Assembly: GCF_021184045.1 (NCBI RefSeq) | Contig: NZ_CP073710.1 | Span: 970,685 to 1,002,684 of the forward strand | Direction of reading: 5' to 3' | Length of the DNA stretch: 32,000 nucleotides | DNA from: Methanococcoides orientis | GTDB lineage: Archaea; Halobacteriota; Methanosarcinia; Methanosarcinales; Methanosarcinaceae | Shown: piece after piece, positions 9,618-18,407 of the stretch | Layout: each line of letters begins with the position of its first letter | How positions within the stretch are numbered: position 1 is the first letter of the stretch | Notes under the pieces: generated by a model | The model's database searches: none | What the model was told of the DNA's origin: nothing | Seen by the model: only the letters and a program-made list of their open reading frames with translations | Position numbers and translations under genes: made by a program

Positions 9618-10340
9618 TCACACAACCTCCAAACATCCAAACCCCATGGCATTCTTCTCCCCTAACCCTGCATCATATGCAAACCTTACAATCTCAGGAC
9701 TAGCCTCAAGTTCCAGAGTCATCAAACTACATCTCCTGAAACTATTGCCTATCGAAACGCGTTTTGGCTTGAAGTTCTTCACTTCCAGCACTTCAAAATG
9801 ATCATGCTCAACCTTGTGACCGTAGTATTCCTCGTACCTTGACGTAAGGTTCGTATGGACATTTTCATAAAACTTCGAGTCCTTTGGATACAAATCAATT
9901 TCAACAAGTTTTCCGTCCTTCTTCCTCATCGTTTTTGCATATACAGGAGAGAGGGTTGTAAACTTGCAGGACTCAGACATCTCCAGCTGAGGTATTATTT
10001 CTATACGCTCAATTATGAAATTTGCTTTTTTGACTCTTCCAAGGAAGAACTCTGGCTCGAGAAGCAAACCTTCCGTGAAGCTGCGAATGAACTCCGAGTC
10101 TGGTGAGGATATGAAAAAGTGTGCTTTATTGAAATCCAAACCATGTTTGTTCGGAATCCTATCCTCGATTATGAGATTCGAAAATGTATAGAACTTGAAA
10201 CCCTGGTGACTATGTGTCTTGTCTGCTAAAGTGATATTTGCACTGGCAAGCCGTGCGTAGAGCATTGATGCTAAACCATACTGATAATCGTAATGAATAT
10301 GATTGTTCGTTGTTTTTTGTATGGTTACCTTGCATCGCAT
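9618..10340 (-). CDS. cas6: CRISPR repeat endoribonuclease Cas6
   Basis: 240 aa. The C-terminal glycine-rich loop GLGEKNAMGFGCLEVV is typical of Cas6. It is the first gene downstream of the array trailer on the minus strand. Confidence 0.9.
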   Translation of the reverse strand: MRCKVTIQKTTNNHIHYDYQYGLASMLYARLASANITLADKTHSHQGFKFYTFSNLIIEDRIPNKHGLDFNKAHFFISSPDSEFIRSFTEGLLLEPEFFLGRVKKANFIIERIEIIPQLEMSESCKFTTLSPVYAKTMRKKDGKLVEIDLYPKDSKFYENVHTNLTSRYEEYYGHKVEHDHFEVLEVKNFKPKRVSIGNSFRRCSLMTLELEASPEIVRFAYDAGLGEKNAMGFGCLEVV

Positions 10341-10443
10341 GGTATATGAAACAACTTAATATAATTTATATGTTTTGAAAATATTCGAGCGAAATCATCT
10401 CATAAATATAATCTGTTTTTACCAATTATATTGAGATTATGTT

Positions 10444-10473
10444 TGTTCAATCCCCGTAATGTTTGAGTATGAC
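10444..10473 (-). repeat. Strongly decayed extra CRISPR repeat beyond the trailer end (19/30 identities)
   Basis: TGTTCAATCCCCGTAATGTTTGAGTATGAC aligns to the repeat consensus and retains the TTCAATCCC core. It lies 37 bp (one spacer length) from the degenerate repeat at 10511. Confidence 0.5.
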
Positions 10474-10510
10474 ATTATACTTAAAGGTATTATATGTAAT
10501 CTATATAGGT

Positions 10511-12334
10511 ATACTTGTCCCTCTTTGGTCTGATTTTAACGCTTGACGAAACTCTCCTGAACGCTTTCACCTATCTTGATTTCAATCCCACAATGATCTG
10601 ATTTTAACGCACCGCCCTTATGGACACGTAATAAAGCTAACAAATTTCAATCCCACAATGGTCTGATTTTAACCAGTAATATTAATGTCATGCCCTCGCT
10701 TGCAACATGTTTTATTTCAATCCCACAATGGTCTGATTTTAACTGAATACACTCCAAGAACGAGATTAATATCAATTGAATTTCAATCCCACAATGGTCT
10801 GATTTTAACTCGTTTCCAACTTGCAGACGGAACAAATCTTGACCAAATTTCAATCCCACAATGGTCTGATTTTAACTATTCTTGTCTTCCTCGCTTCCCT
10901 CTTCACTTCCGCATTTCAATCCCACAATGGTCTGATTTTAACGAACAAAAGCACGTTTTGTAGATTGGTAGATAAGGCATTTCAATCCCACAATGGTCTG
11001 ATTTTAACATTTTATTGATAGTTAACATTAATTCGTTTCCTCCATTTCAATCCCACAATGGTCTGATTTTAACACCAAACGCAAAAACGACAGATGGAGT
11101 TTCAGCAGAATTTCAATCCCACAATGGTCTGATTTTAACATTATAGCCCCCCACAACTGCCGCGCTGGTTACTGCATTTCAATCCCACAATGGTCTGATT
11201 TTAACCCTGTACAAAACTGTACAAAGTTAGTATGAAACTTAATTTCAATCCCACAATGGTCTGATTTTAACCCGAATCTCAATATTAGGTGTAAGCTCGT
11301 TATCATATTTCAATCCCACAATGGTCTGATTTTAACAAAGATAAAGCCGATTCTATGAACGCTTTTAGAAATATTTCAATCCCACAATGGTCTGATTTTA
11401 ACTATTAATTTTGATTTCACAGCAAATGTTCATTATACATTTCAATCCCACAATGGTCTGATTTTAACACGAATCGATAAACATCCTCAGTTGAAATATC
11501 ATATCATTTCAATCCCACAATGGTCTGATTTTAACCTTTGATCCTGATGATACCCTGAAAACCTTTACATTAATTTCAATCCCACAATGGTCTGATTTTA
11601 ACGAGGAATTAATTCCTCTTAAATATTACATTCATCAATATTTCAATCCCACAATGGTCTGATTTTAACCCAAAACGGATCTTCCGGTTCAAATCTATCA
11701 ACTATATTTCAATCCCACAATGGTCTGATTTTAACAAAAATCCTTGTTTCTCATTAATATTTGATACAATATTTCAATCCCACAATGGTCTGATTTTAAC
11801 CGTCTTTAATGAAGTCACCCTGCTTGTTCTTGGCAGATTTCAATCCCACAATGGTCTGATTTTAACTCAAATGCCGAAGCTGTCCCGGTGCAAATTAACA
11901 ATATTTCAATCCCACAATGGTCTGATTTTAACCATTGCGGCAGTGACGAATAAACCGTTCTATTTCAAATTTCAATCCCACAATGGTCTGATTTTAACAA
12001 AATTGTCACCAACCACAGAAACCTGCTGAATGGTATTTCAATCCCACAATGGTCTGATTTTAACGTTCATGTTTGCCGTACGATCCGGCAGGATACTTCA
12101 TTTCAATCCCACAATGGTCTGATTTTAACGATGTCAGTGATTGTCGTCTGTGGTTCCTCGACTACTGATTTCAATCCCACAATGGTCTGATTTTAACATT
12201 AATATTTGTTGGTTTGGGCGGGAATGTATTGCATACAGATTTCAATCCCACAATGGTCTGATTTTAACGGGCTAATTATATCGCTATTGAAGAAACTATA
12301 TTATATTTCAATCCCACAATGGTCTGATTTTAAC
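10511..12334 (-). CRISPR. CRISPR array, 28 x 30-nt repeats, 27 unique spacers of 35-41 bp (modal 36); transcribed on the minus strand
   Basis: The repeat on the plus strand is ATTTCAATCCCACAATGGTCTGATTTTAAC, which reads GTTAAAATCAGACCATTGTGGGATTGAAAT in transcript sense. I located every repeat by hand. Starts are 10511(deg), 10579(1 mismatch), 10644, 10714, 10780, 10847, 10913, 10979, 11044, 11110, 11176, 11242, 11307, 11373, 11439, 11506, 11573, 11640, 11706, 11771, 11837, 11903, 11969, 12035, 12100, 12168, 12239 and 12305. Repeat decay at the low-coordinate end and the ATTGAAAT 3' end set the orientation. Confidence 0.97.
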
Positions 12335-12526
12335 CAAGCTCATTTGGCCATATTTTACCCAACAAATTTGATCTATTGAAAAGCATCTATGCATTTATAG
12401 ATGGCTTTTTTCACAACTAAAGTTCTATTTTCTATTATAAAAAAACGTTCATCGGAAGCAAAAATTAAAACTTGTTTTCGGGGATTCCTTATTTTGCGTC
12501 TCCTATATAAGCATCCACGAAAAGGA
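12335..12526 (-). promoter_or_regulatory. CRISPR leader (AT-rich, between the cas2 stop and the first perfect repeat)
   Basis: 192-bp AT-rich non-coding stretch abutting the perfect-repeat end of the array. On the minus strand it has TATA-like elements (TTATATAGG, complement of 12503-12512; TTTTTTTATAATAG). A 7-bp inverted repeat CATCTAT-N6-ATAGATG lies at 12384-12403. Confidence 0.6.
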
Positions 12527-12790
12527 TTAAATGATTGAGTCTATTTCAGCTGGTCTGGACCCTAATTCATCTAACATGAGATACTTTTTATCTCTGACAT
12601 GGTAGATGAAAACACTATCTTCCTCTTCATTGATTATCTTCTTTAATTGGGACTATACTCTCAGATACTCGGCTTTTGTGAGTTCTCCTTCAAGTACACT
12701 ATTTTGCACCCAGTTGAGATATTGTTTTAAGAAAACACGCACTTTGTTTAAGCGTTCTACGCCAACATCATAGACAACAATCACATACAT
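12527..12790 (-). pseudogene. cas2: CRISPR-associated endoribonuclease Cas2 with in-frame TAG at codon 46 (12653-12655); pseudogene or amber read-through/pyrrolysine candidate
   Basis: My translation is [86 protein letters not shown]. It shows canonical Cas2 hallmarks (VVVYDV, WVQNSV.EGE, DSV.IY) on both sides of the TAG, in the same frame. The start lies 1 nt after the cas1 stop. It is absent from the ORF track because each half is under 60 aa. Confidence 0.88.
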
Positions 12791-12791
12791 C

Positions 12792-13793
12792 TTACCACCA
12801 CATCACAAGTGGTTTGTATGCTTCATCATCAAGTACGTGTTTTGATAGCTTGTAAAGCTCCAGCCGAATCAGTCGTTTATATGAAACATTTCGCTTCAAA
12901 CCTTTATGTTTGATAGTAGTAGACAACTTAGCATTATATTCTTGCAAAAAGACTTTTTTACCTTTTTCACTCAATAGCATATCCCCGATCTCCCCCATGA
13001 AGCAACTATCATCTAGCATATTCTTGTTTACAAGTTTGAGTATGATTCTATCTATTATGATAGGTTTGAAAATCTCACTTACATCAAGAGCAAGAGAAAA
13101 ACGACGTTCAAAGGGTTCGTGAAGGTATGATATAGTTGGATTTAATTGGGTGTTATAGATCTCAGAGAGCACTGTAGTGTACATCAAAGAATTGCCGAAA
13201 CTTATGAGTGTATTCATTTTATTACTTGGGGGGCGTCTGGTCCTTGTTATAATCCGATAATCCTCAGGAAATATTTCATCCAATGCACTATAGTATATGT
13301 TTCGTATGCGTCCCTCGACATTCATCATACTCGATATCGAGTCTGCATTAGGTAGGCGAGTAAACTCCGATTCTATTGAATTTATATGTTCATCCAGACT
13401 ATCCTGAAGACCATCTTTGCTCCTTGAGTAGTACCTCAAATTTTTGAGAATATTACCACAGGCTCCCTCGATGAATTTCCCTGCCAAAAACATTCTTTTT
13501 TCAGTATCGAGGTAATGAGATGCTTGTTTAATGACGAGATCTCCACTGATTAGCGTCTCTCGCGGGTACATACTGCCTTCGTAGAAACCATAATAATTAA
13601 AAAAGTGTATGGGGATGCCATTCTTTGCAAGGTATGAGACTACTCCTGATGATAAAGACAATCTGCCGTATGCATAAATCGAATATATCTTATTTATAGG
13701 TAAGACCCGCTTTTCATCCTTGTTCACAAAATAGACCGTGTTTTCTTTTCGCTTTAAGGTACCATCCTGCAAGATGTAATAATCTGTTCGCAT
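12792..13793 (-). CDS. cas1: CRISPR-associated integrase Cas1
   Basis: 333 aa. Catalytic-region motifs [17 protein letters not shown] and [11 protein letters not shown]. The C-terminal KPLVMWW is typical of I-B-type Cas1. It is flanked by cas4 and cas2. Confidence 0.95.
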   Translation of the reverse strand: MRTDYYILQDGTLKRKENTVYFVNKDEKRVLPINKIYSIYAYGRLSLSSGVVSYLAKNGIPIHFFNYYGFYEGSMYPRETLISGDLVIKQASHYLDTEKRMFLAGKFIEGACGNILKNLRYYSRSKDGLQDSLDEHINSIESEFTRLPNADSISSMMNVEGRIRNIYYSALDEIFPEDYRIITRTRRPPSNKMNTLISFGNSLMYTTVLSEIYNTQLNPTISYLHEPFERRFSLALDVSEIFKPIIIDRIILKLVNKNMLDDSCFMGEIGDMLLSEKGKKVFLQEYNAKLSTTIKHKGLKRNVSYKRLIRLELYKLSKHVLDDEAYKPLVMWW

Positions 13794-13835
13794 TCAAATT
13801 CCCCCATAATCAAATCTTGTAGCTAAAAAGTTATC

Positions 13836-14405
13836 TTAATCGTCATCGACTTCACCACAAAAACAGAACTCAAAATACGCACATTTCGAACAGATACGTA
13901 GGCGTTTAGGATGTGGCATCCTTCCTGTAACGATTTCTTCAATGTGTTCAATATCATTTTCTATTTTCTTTTCATCATCTTCTGTCAGTACAATTTCCTT
14001 GGTCTGGTTCAGCAGAGGGTAGTTCATAACACCCTGAGCATCAATTCCCCTCTGCTTAAGATAATAAATGTAGTAGAGCATTTGGCGTAAATGGGCATCT
14101 TCCATTTTTTTAGTTTTTTTGATATCGTGCAATTCTATGATGTCATTTCGCTTTTTCACAAAATCAATACTTATCGTATTGTCGATAGTAATATCTTTTT
14201 TATTTTTGCTATAGCGATCTTCATGGAGTAATTTTCCGATATTGACATTCTCGTCCTCACGTTCAAGAACAATGTTGTGGGAAAAAAGCCAGAGCTTGGT
14301 ATGACAGATGTGGTAATAGTTAATCTTGACACCTGTTATTTTTACGTAGGGTGTTAATGCAGTTGGTATGTCTTTAGATGTTGACAGACAATTTGAACCC
14401 ATCAA
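13836..14405 (-). CDS. cas4: CRISPR-associated exonuclease Cas4 (RecB-like, Fe-S)
   Basis: 189 aa. An N-terminal Cys (YHICHTKLW) plus the C-terminal CSKCAYFEFC cluster give the 4-Cys Fe-S pattern. QxxxY motif within LRQMLYYIYYL. Located upstream of cas1. Confidence 0.88.
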   Translation of the reverse strand: MMGSNCLSTSKDIPTALTPYVKITGVKINYYHICHTKLWLFSHNIVLEREDENVNIGKLLHEDRYSKNKKDITIDNTISIDFVKKRNDIIELHDIKKTKKMEDAHLRQMLYYIYYLKQRGIDAQGVMNYPLLNQTKEIVLTEDDEKKIENDIEHIEEIVTGRMPHPKRLRICSKCAYFEFCFCGEVDDD

Positions 14406-14650
14406 TATATAATTATATAAAACAATATTTAAATTATTTGCAAAGTTTTACCTAAAGATAGTACTGTTTGGATTAAATACGTATGGTCAAATATCTTAAA
14501 GAAGTAGAATCATTAACATTCTGATTTTTTTAGAGAATTTTATATATTATTGTATTTTTTAAAAAATATATTTAAAAAAAACAACTTCATAAAAATTTAA
14601 CGTACAAAAAAGTCCAATTTTTTTATTTCTTATATATCCCAAAAGAAAAG

Positions 14651-14735
14651 TGCGGGGGGAGGGATTCGAACCCTCGAAATCCTTCGATACCAGATCTTAA
14701 GTCTGGCGCCTTTGACCTAGCTGGGCGACCCCCGC
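14651..14735 (-). tRNA. tRNA-Leu (anticodon UAA), class II with long variable arm
   Basis: The reverse complement is GCGGGGGTCGCCCAGCTAGGTCAAAGGCGCCAGACTTAAGATCTGGTATCGAAGGATTTCGAGGGTTCGAATCCCTCCCCCCGCA. It folds by hand into a cloverleaf. The acceptor is GCGGGGG/CCCCCGC and the anticodon stem is CCAGA/TCTGG with loop CTTAAGA. The variable arm is TCGAA-GGA-TTCGA and the T arm is GAGGG-TTCGAAT-CCCTC. No CCA is encoded. Confidence 0.93.
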
Positions 14736-14816
14736 ATGAGAATTAGAACGGCTGCCTTATGCTCTTGGTCACCCCATAATTAAAGTTAAGTTACTTAAGC
14801 CTTATTCTAATGAAGC

Positions 14817-15563
14817 ATGAAGATAACATTTCTTGGAACAGGTGTGGCGATACCACAGAAAGACAGGGTTCAATCAGGACTACTTATGGAGATCAGTGAG
14901 AAGAAAGTCCTTTTCGACTGTGGAGGAGGTGTGCTGAACCGGATATTCGAGAGCGGGAACTTGCATACGGACATCGATACCATTGTGCTTTCACATCTGC
15001 ACCTGGACCATGTGGCTGATGTTATGTGCCTTCTCAAGGCAAACTGGCTGTGTGATAAGTTCGATTCCACCATTTATGGTCCGGCAGGTACGCGGGAGTG
15101 GCTTAACAGGGTCATGGACATCTATCCATACATGAAGGAAAAGGTCAGCGTCGATGTCGTGGAGGTTGCGCCGGGCGAGGAGTTCAAGCTCTTCGATGGA
15201 TGCGATGTGAAATGTGCCAGCGGGATACACAGTGTGCCATCACTAGCGTATCAGGTACGGCATGATGGGCAGACAGTAGTCTACTCAGGGGATACCGAGC
15301 CGTGTGAAGACATCATGGAACTGGCGCAGGGCTGTGATATGCTTATCCACGAGTGCTCTTTCCCGCTGAACTTTGAGATGACGAATCACACCACACCTGA
15401 CATGCTGAGACCTTACCTTAAAGATACAGGCATCAGGGGAGTTTATCTTACACACCTTTATCCCCACATGCAAGGGCATGAAGAAGAAGCTCTTGAATAC
15501 CTGAAAAAAGAGTTTGAGGGGGAGGTTCACATACCCTTCGACCTCATGGTTGTTGAGATCTGA
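14817..15563 (+). CDS. MBL-fold metallo-hydrolase (RNase Z/beta-lactamase superfamily)
   Basis: HxHxDH motif SHLHLDHVAD, N-terminal ITFLGTG, 248 aa. Confidence 0.8.
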   Translation: MKITFLGTGVAIPQKDRVQSGLLMEISEKKVLFDCGGGVLNRIFESGNLHTDIDTIVLSHLHLDHVADVMCLLKANWLCDKFDSTIYGPAGTREWLNRVMDIYPYMKEKVSVDVVEVAPGEEFKLFDGCDVKCASGIHSVPSLAYQVRHDGQTVVYSGDTEPCEDIMELAQGCDMLIHECSFPLNFEMTNHTTPDMLRPYLKDTGIRGVYLTHLYPHMQGHEEEALEYLKKEFEGEVHIPFDLMVVEI

Positions 15564-15617
15564 TCGACTCCGATCGGGAGGCGATCGATCTATTAAAGCT
15601 GGTCGAACCTATTGAGC

Positions 15618-16250
15618 TCAGTCCTCAAGGAAGACCACGCTTACATTATCTTCATCCAGCTCGATCAAAGCAGCATATCCCTGTGCTGCCATGCCGGGAT
15701 TTACAAGGAAAGTATCGCCTGATCTGGCGAATCCTCTTGCTTCATGGATATGCGCACAGATCACGAGCTTTGCACGGTTAAAGAACTTAGCCACGGCTGT
15801 GCTTCCCACATTCTCGCCTCCGACTTCATCCAGCAAGCCCCTGGGAGGAGTGTGGGAGAGGAGCACGACAGTGCCTTCAGCAGCTTCGAAAAGTGGCTCA
15901 AGGGTCTTTTCGATCTCATCCTCCTCAAGCTCGAAGGGTGTATTGAACGGGGTTGGGCAGGAACCTCCCATTCCTATGAACGTAAAGTCATCTATCTTCT
16001 TCACAGCATTATGCAGGTTTACCGCATCCGATGAATCGATCGCGTCCATGACATCCTTCGGGTCACAGTTTCCGGGAACTGCAAGGACAGGTACATCGAA
16101 CATCGAAAGCAATTTCTCAGCTCCACTGCCAGGACCGAACTGGGTCAGATCGCCGCTTATCACTGCCAGATCGACATCACCTGCTTTCTCCAGCAGGCCA
16201 TCGATATGGGAAGGATCACCATGTACATCCGCAAGGGCAAGTATTCTCAT
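15618..16250 (-). CDS. Metallophosphoesterase (calcineurin-like, YfcE/MJ0936-type)
   Basis: Motifs LALADVHGD, ISGDL, VPGNCD, SHTPP and CAHIHE. 210 aa. Confidence 0.85.
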   Translation of the reverse strand: MRILALADVHGDPSHIDGLLEKAGDVDLAVISGDLTQFGPGSGAEKLLSMFDVPVLAVPGNCDPKDVMDAIDSSDAVNLHNAVKKIDDFTFIGMGGSCPTPFNTPFELEEDEIEKTLEPLFEAAEGTVVLLSHTPPRGLLDEVGGENVGSTAVAKFFNRAKLVICAHIHEARGFARSGDTFLVNPGMAAQGYAALIELDEDNVSVVFLED

Positions 16251-16273
16251 TTTTCACACCTCGAAAAAGAACG

Positions 16274-17053
16274 TTAGAATTTCCTGTCACCACCGAGGAT
16301 GCCACCGAGTGCCGTTTCACCAATTCCCGATATGCCGCCTCGCTCTCCCCTGTTGGATTCCCCTGGACCGATGGCCGCAGCGATCCTGTCAGCAAGACGG
16401 GAGAACGGCAGGCTCTGGAGATACACTTTACCCGGTCCCTTGACCGTTGCCAGTACCATACCTTCGCCTCCGAAAAGTGCATTTTTGAAACCGCCTACGA
16501 ACTGGATGTCGTAATCAATACTCTCAGAAAATGCCACCAGGCATCCTGTGTCAACCCTAAGGGTCTCTCCCGGTGCAAGCTCCTTTTTCACAATTGTACC
16601 GCCTGCATGGACGAATGCAAGGCCGTCACCGTGAAGCCTCTGGAGAATGAAACCTTCCCCACCGAAAAGACCGGCCCCTATCCTCTTGGAAAAAGCGATC
16701 GTAATGTCGATACCATCAGCAGCACAAAGGAATGAGTCCTTCTGACAGAGGAAGCTACCACCCTCCTCTGTGAGGTCTATAGGCACGATCTTACCAGGAT
16801 ACGGAGCACCGAAAGCAACACTGCCCTTTCCATTGCCGGTCTGGGTGAATGAAGTGATAAAGAAGCTCTCACCGGAGAATGCTCTTTTAAGTCCTTTCAG
16901 GAGCCCGCCGCCTGTAGAGGTTTCCATCTTAATGCCATCCCCCATGAACATCATGGCTCCGGCCTCTGCCCTTACTGTTTCTCCTTTATCAAGGCCGATC
17001 TCCACCAGCTGCATCTCATTACCATGAATCTTATAATCGATCTCATCTGCCAT
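16274..17053 (-). CDS. TIGR00266/AIM24 (DUF124) family protein
   Basis: MADEIDYKIHGNEMQLVEIGLDKGETVRAEAGAMMFM... with a Gly-rich repetitive beta pattern typical of this family. I chose the ATG at 17053 because it is preceded by GAGGAG. The 68-codon upstream extension in the ORF track lies in AT-rich non-coding-looking sequence. Confidence 0.6.
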   Translation of the reverse strand: MADEIDYKIHGNEMQLVEIGLDKGETVRAEAGAMMFMGDGIKMETSTGGGLLKGLKRAFSGESFFITSFTQTGNGKGSVAFGAPYPGKIVPIDLTEEGGSFLCQKDSFLCAADGIDITIAFSKRIGAGLFGGEGFILQRLHGDGLAFVHAGGTIVKKELAPGETLRVDTGCLVAFSESIDYDIQFVGGFKNALFGGEGMVLATVKGPGKVYLQSLPFSRLADRIAAAIGPGESNRGERGGISGIGETALGGILGGDRKF

Positions 17054-17313
17054 TATTAGTACTCCTCTACGGGACAGCAATTTTACTTTGGAACGTCCCC
17101 TCTGCAGGAATATTGCATTTAAAGACAAATAAACATATTGTAGGCAGATACAAAGATCAATCTTTGCCGGGATAGTGGAACCATCAGCATCAGACGCATT
17201 CCAACAAACAAGATAATCAGCATCAGAAGACTTCAAATTGAACTGTAGCTTAAGCAACCGATATATAGGTACCAGACATAGTGTTATTTAGAGAACCAGG
17301 AGGTTATCAAATT

Positions 17314-17814
17314 ATGAACACACAAAAGATATTATCCATATTCATGATCTTTGCAGTACTTACAGGCACCATGCTGGCATTGGGCTGTACTGAAGCTGAC
17401 AATGAGAACGACGTCATTGAGACCGAACACGACGAAGAAACCATCATAGCCCTTGATGAGATCATCGACATCGAATGGCAATGGTCAGGACTGATCGAGA
17501 CACTTCCTGCAAGCCAATCCGTTGTTCCTGATCCGGAAAACTACACAATTACCTTCAGTGAGGATGGAACATACTCCATTAAAGCAGACTGCAACCGTGG
17601 CAGTGGAAGCTACACACTGGAAGACAACAAGATGACCATAGCACCGGGACCAATAACACTTGCTTACTGCGGCCCGGACTCACTCGACAGCCAGTACCTT
17701 TCCTTGCTGGGCAATGTGACAGCTGTCTCAATGGACGACGAGCAGCTTGTTCTCGAGATCGGTGAGAACGGTGACATGATGCTCTTCACAAAAGAAGAAA
17801 TTGTCGAACAATAA
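17314..17814 (+). CDS. META-domain (HslJ-like) lipoprotein
   Basis: Signal peptide plus lipobox LALGC. META pattern WQWSGL...YTITFSEDGTYSIKADCNRGSGSYTLEDNKMTIAPGPITLAYCG. The ATG at 17314 is preceded by GGAGG. Confidence 0.72.
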   Translation: MNTQKILSIFMIFAVLTGTMLALGCTEADNENDVIETEHDEETIIALDEIIDIEWQWSGLIETLPASQSVVPDPENYTITFSEDGTYSIKADCNRGSGSYTLEDNKMTIAPGPITLAYCGPDSLDSQYLSLLGNVTAVSMDDEQLVLEIGENGDMMLFTKEEIVEQ

Positions 17815-17924
17815 GATCACCATTTAACAACTTTTCTTTTTTCGGGAAGGAAGAGCCTCCGGGACCTTTCATCCCACCAAATTTATTTTATACTTAATTG
17901 CTCTTTCTCGTTTTAAGATATCCT

Positions 17925-18407
17925 ATGGATAGGGAAGAACACAAACTGACACTTGGGTGGAGAGAGTGGGTCACATTGCCGGAACTTGGCCTTCCTGCGA
18001 TCAAAGCAAAAGTGGATACAGGTGCAAAGACATCTGCAATACATGCATTCAATGTGGAGCATTACATCGAGAACGGCATTGAAATGGTCCGGTTCATGGT
18101 CCACCCCATACAAAATAACAAGGAACTGCAGGTAGAGTGTACAGCACCCTTGAAAGACCGCAGACAGGTGACAGATTCCGGCGGACACAGGGAAATGAGG
18201 TATGTCATCGAAACCGACATCATTATTGCATCCATTCGTTATCCGATAGAAATTACACTTACAGACCGCGATACCATGCGTTTCAGGATGCTTCTGGGAC
18301 GTCGTGCAATAGAGAATCGAGCATTTGTGGACCCTGCTGCATCCTACATGCATGGGAAGCTCGATGCACACAAGATATACAAATTAAAGACAGAGGTTGA
18401 CAAATGA
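17925..18407 (+). CDS. Retropepsin-like putative protease (PF05618 'ATP-dependent zinc protease'/RimB-like), RimK-associated
   Basis: [32 protein letters not shown] with the DTG-type motif, plus C-terminal LLGRRAI. Its stop overlaps the rimK start (ATGA at 18404-18407). I prefer the ATG at 17925 over the listed TTG at 17898. Confidence 0.7.
   Translation: MDREEHKLTLGWREWVTLPELGLPAIKAKVDTGAKTSAIHAFNVEHYIENGIEMVRFMVHPIQNNKELQVECTAPLKDRRQVTDSGGHREMRYVIETDIIIASIRYPIEITLTDRDTMRFRMLLGRRAIENRAFVDPAASYMHGKLDAHKIYKLKTEVDK

Noticed and set aside
10744-10779. Spacer 4 shares TACACTCCAA with the PolB gene (2419-2428), raising the possibility of self-targeting of the element.
   Set aside because: The match is only 10 contiguous nt and the flanking bases differ, which is chance level. 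My manual scan of the other spacers found no longer match, but a computed search is still needed.
10647-11018. Three listed ORFs inside the array: 10647-10859 on the minus strand, and 10685-10963 and 10821-11018 on the plus strand.
   Set aside because: Their peptides repeat FQSHNGLILT or SDHCGIEI every ~22 residues, which is simply the CRISPR repeat translated. They are not genes.
11536-11572. A spacer containing CTGATGA followed by CTGA, which looks like C/D-box sRNA motifs.
   Set aside because: The boxes are only ~6 nt apart and lie inside a regular spacer flanked by perfect repeats. There is no terminal stem or D'/C' arrangement.
12792-13793. Possibility that this cas1 is a casposase belonging to the PolB element.
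   Set aside because: It sits in a cas4-cas1-cas2-leader-array context, 10 kb and a full effector operon away from the PolB. It has the typical I-B Cas1 C-terminus and no fused HTH. A casposase, if any, must lie outside the window.
15691-16443. 250-aa plus-strand ORF, together with 15744-16034, opposite the metallophosphoesterase gene.
   Set aside because: It is Ser/Pro/Ala-rich low-complexity sequence, an antisense artefact of a GC-richer gene. The minus strand carries clear metallophosphoesterase motifs. The same reasoning applies to 16299-16514 and 16770-17027.
17054-17257. 68-codon N-terminal extension of the TIGR00266-like ORF (track start at 17257).
   Set aside because: The extension lies in AT-rich intergenic-looking sequence and has no family resemblance. 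A GAGGAG-preceded ATG at 17053 begins the conserved MADEIDYKIHG sequence.
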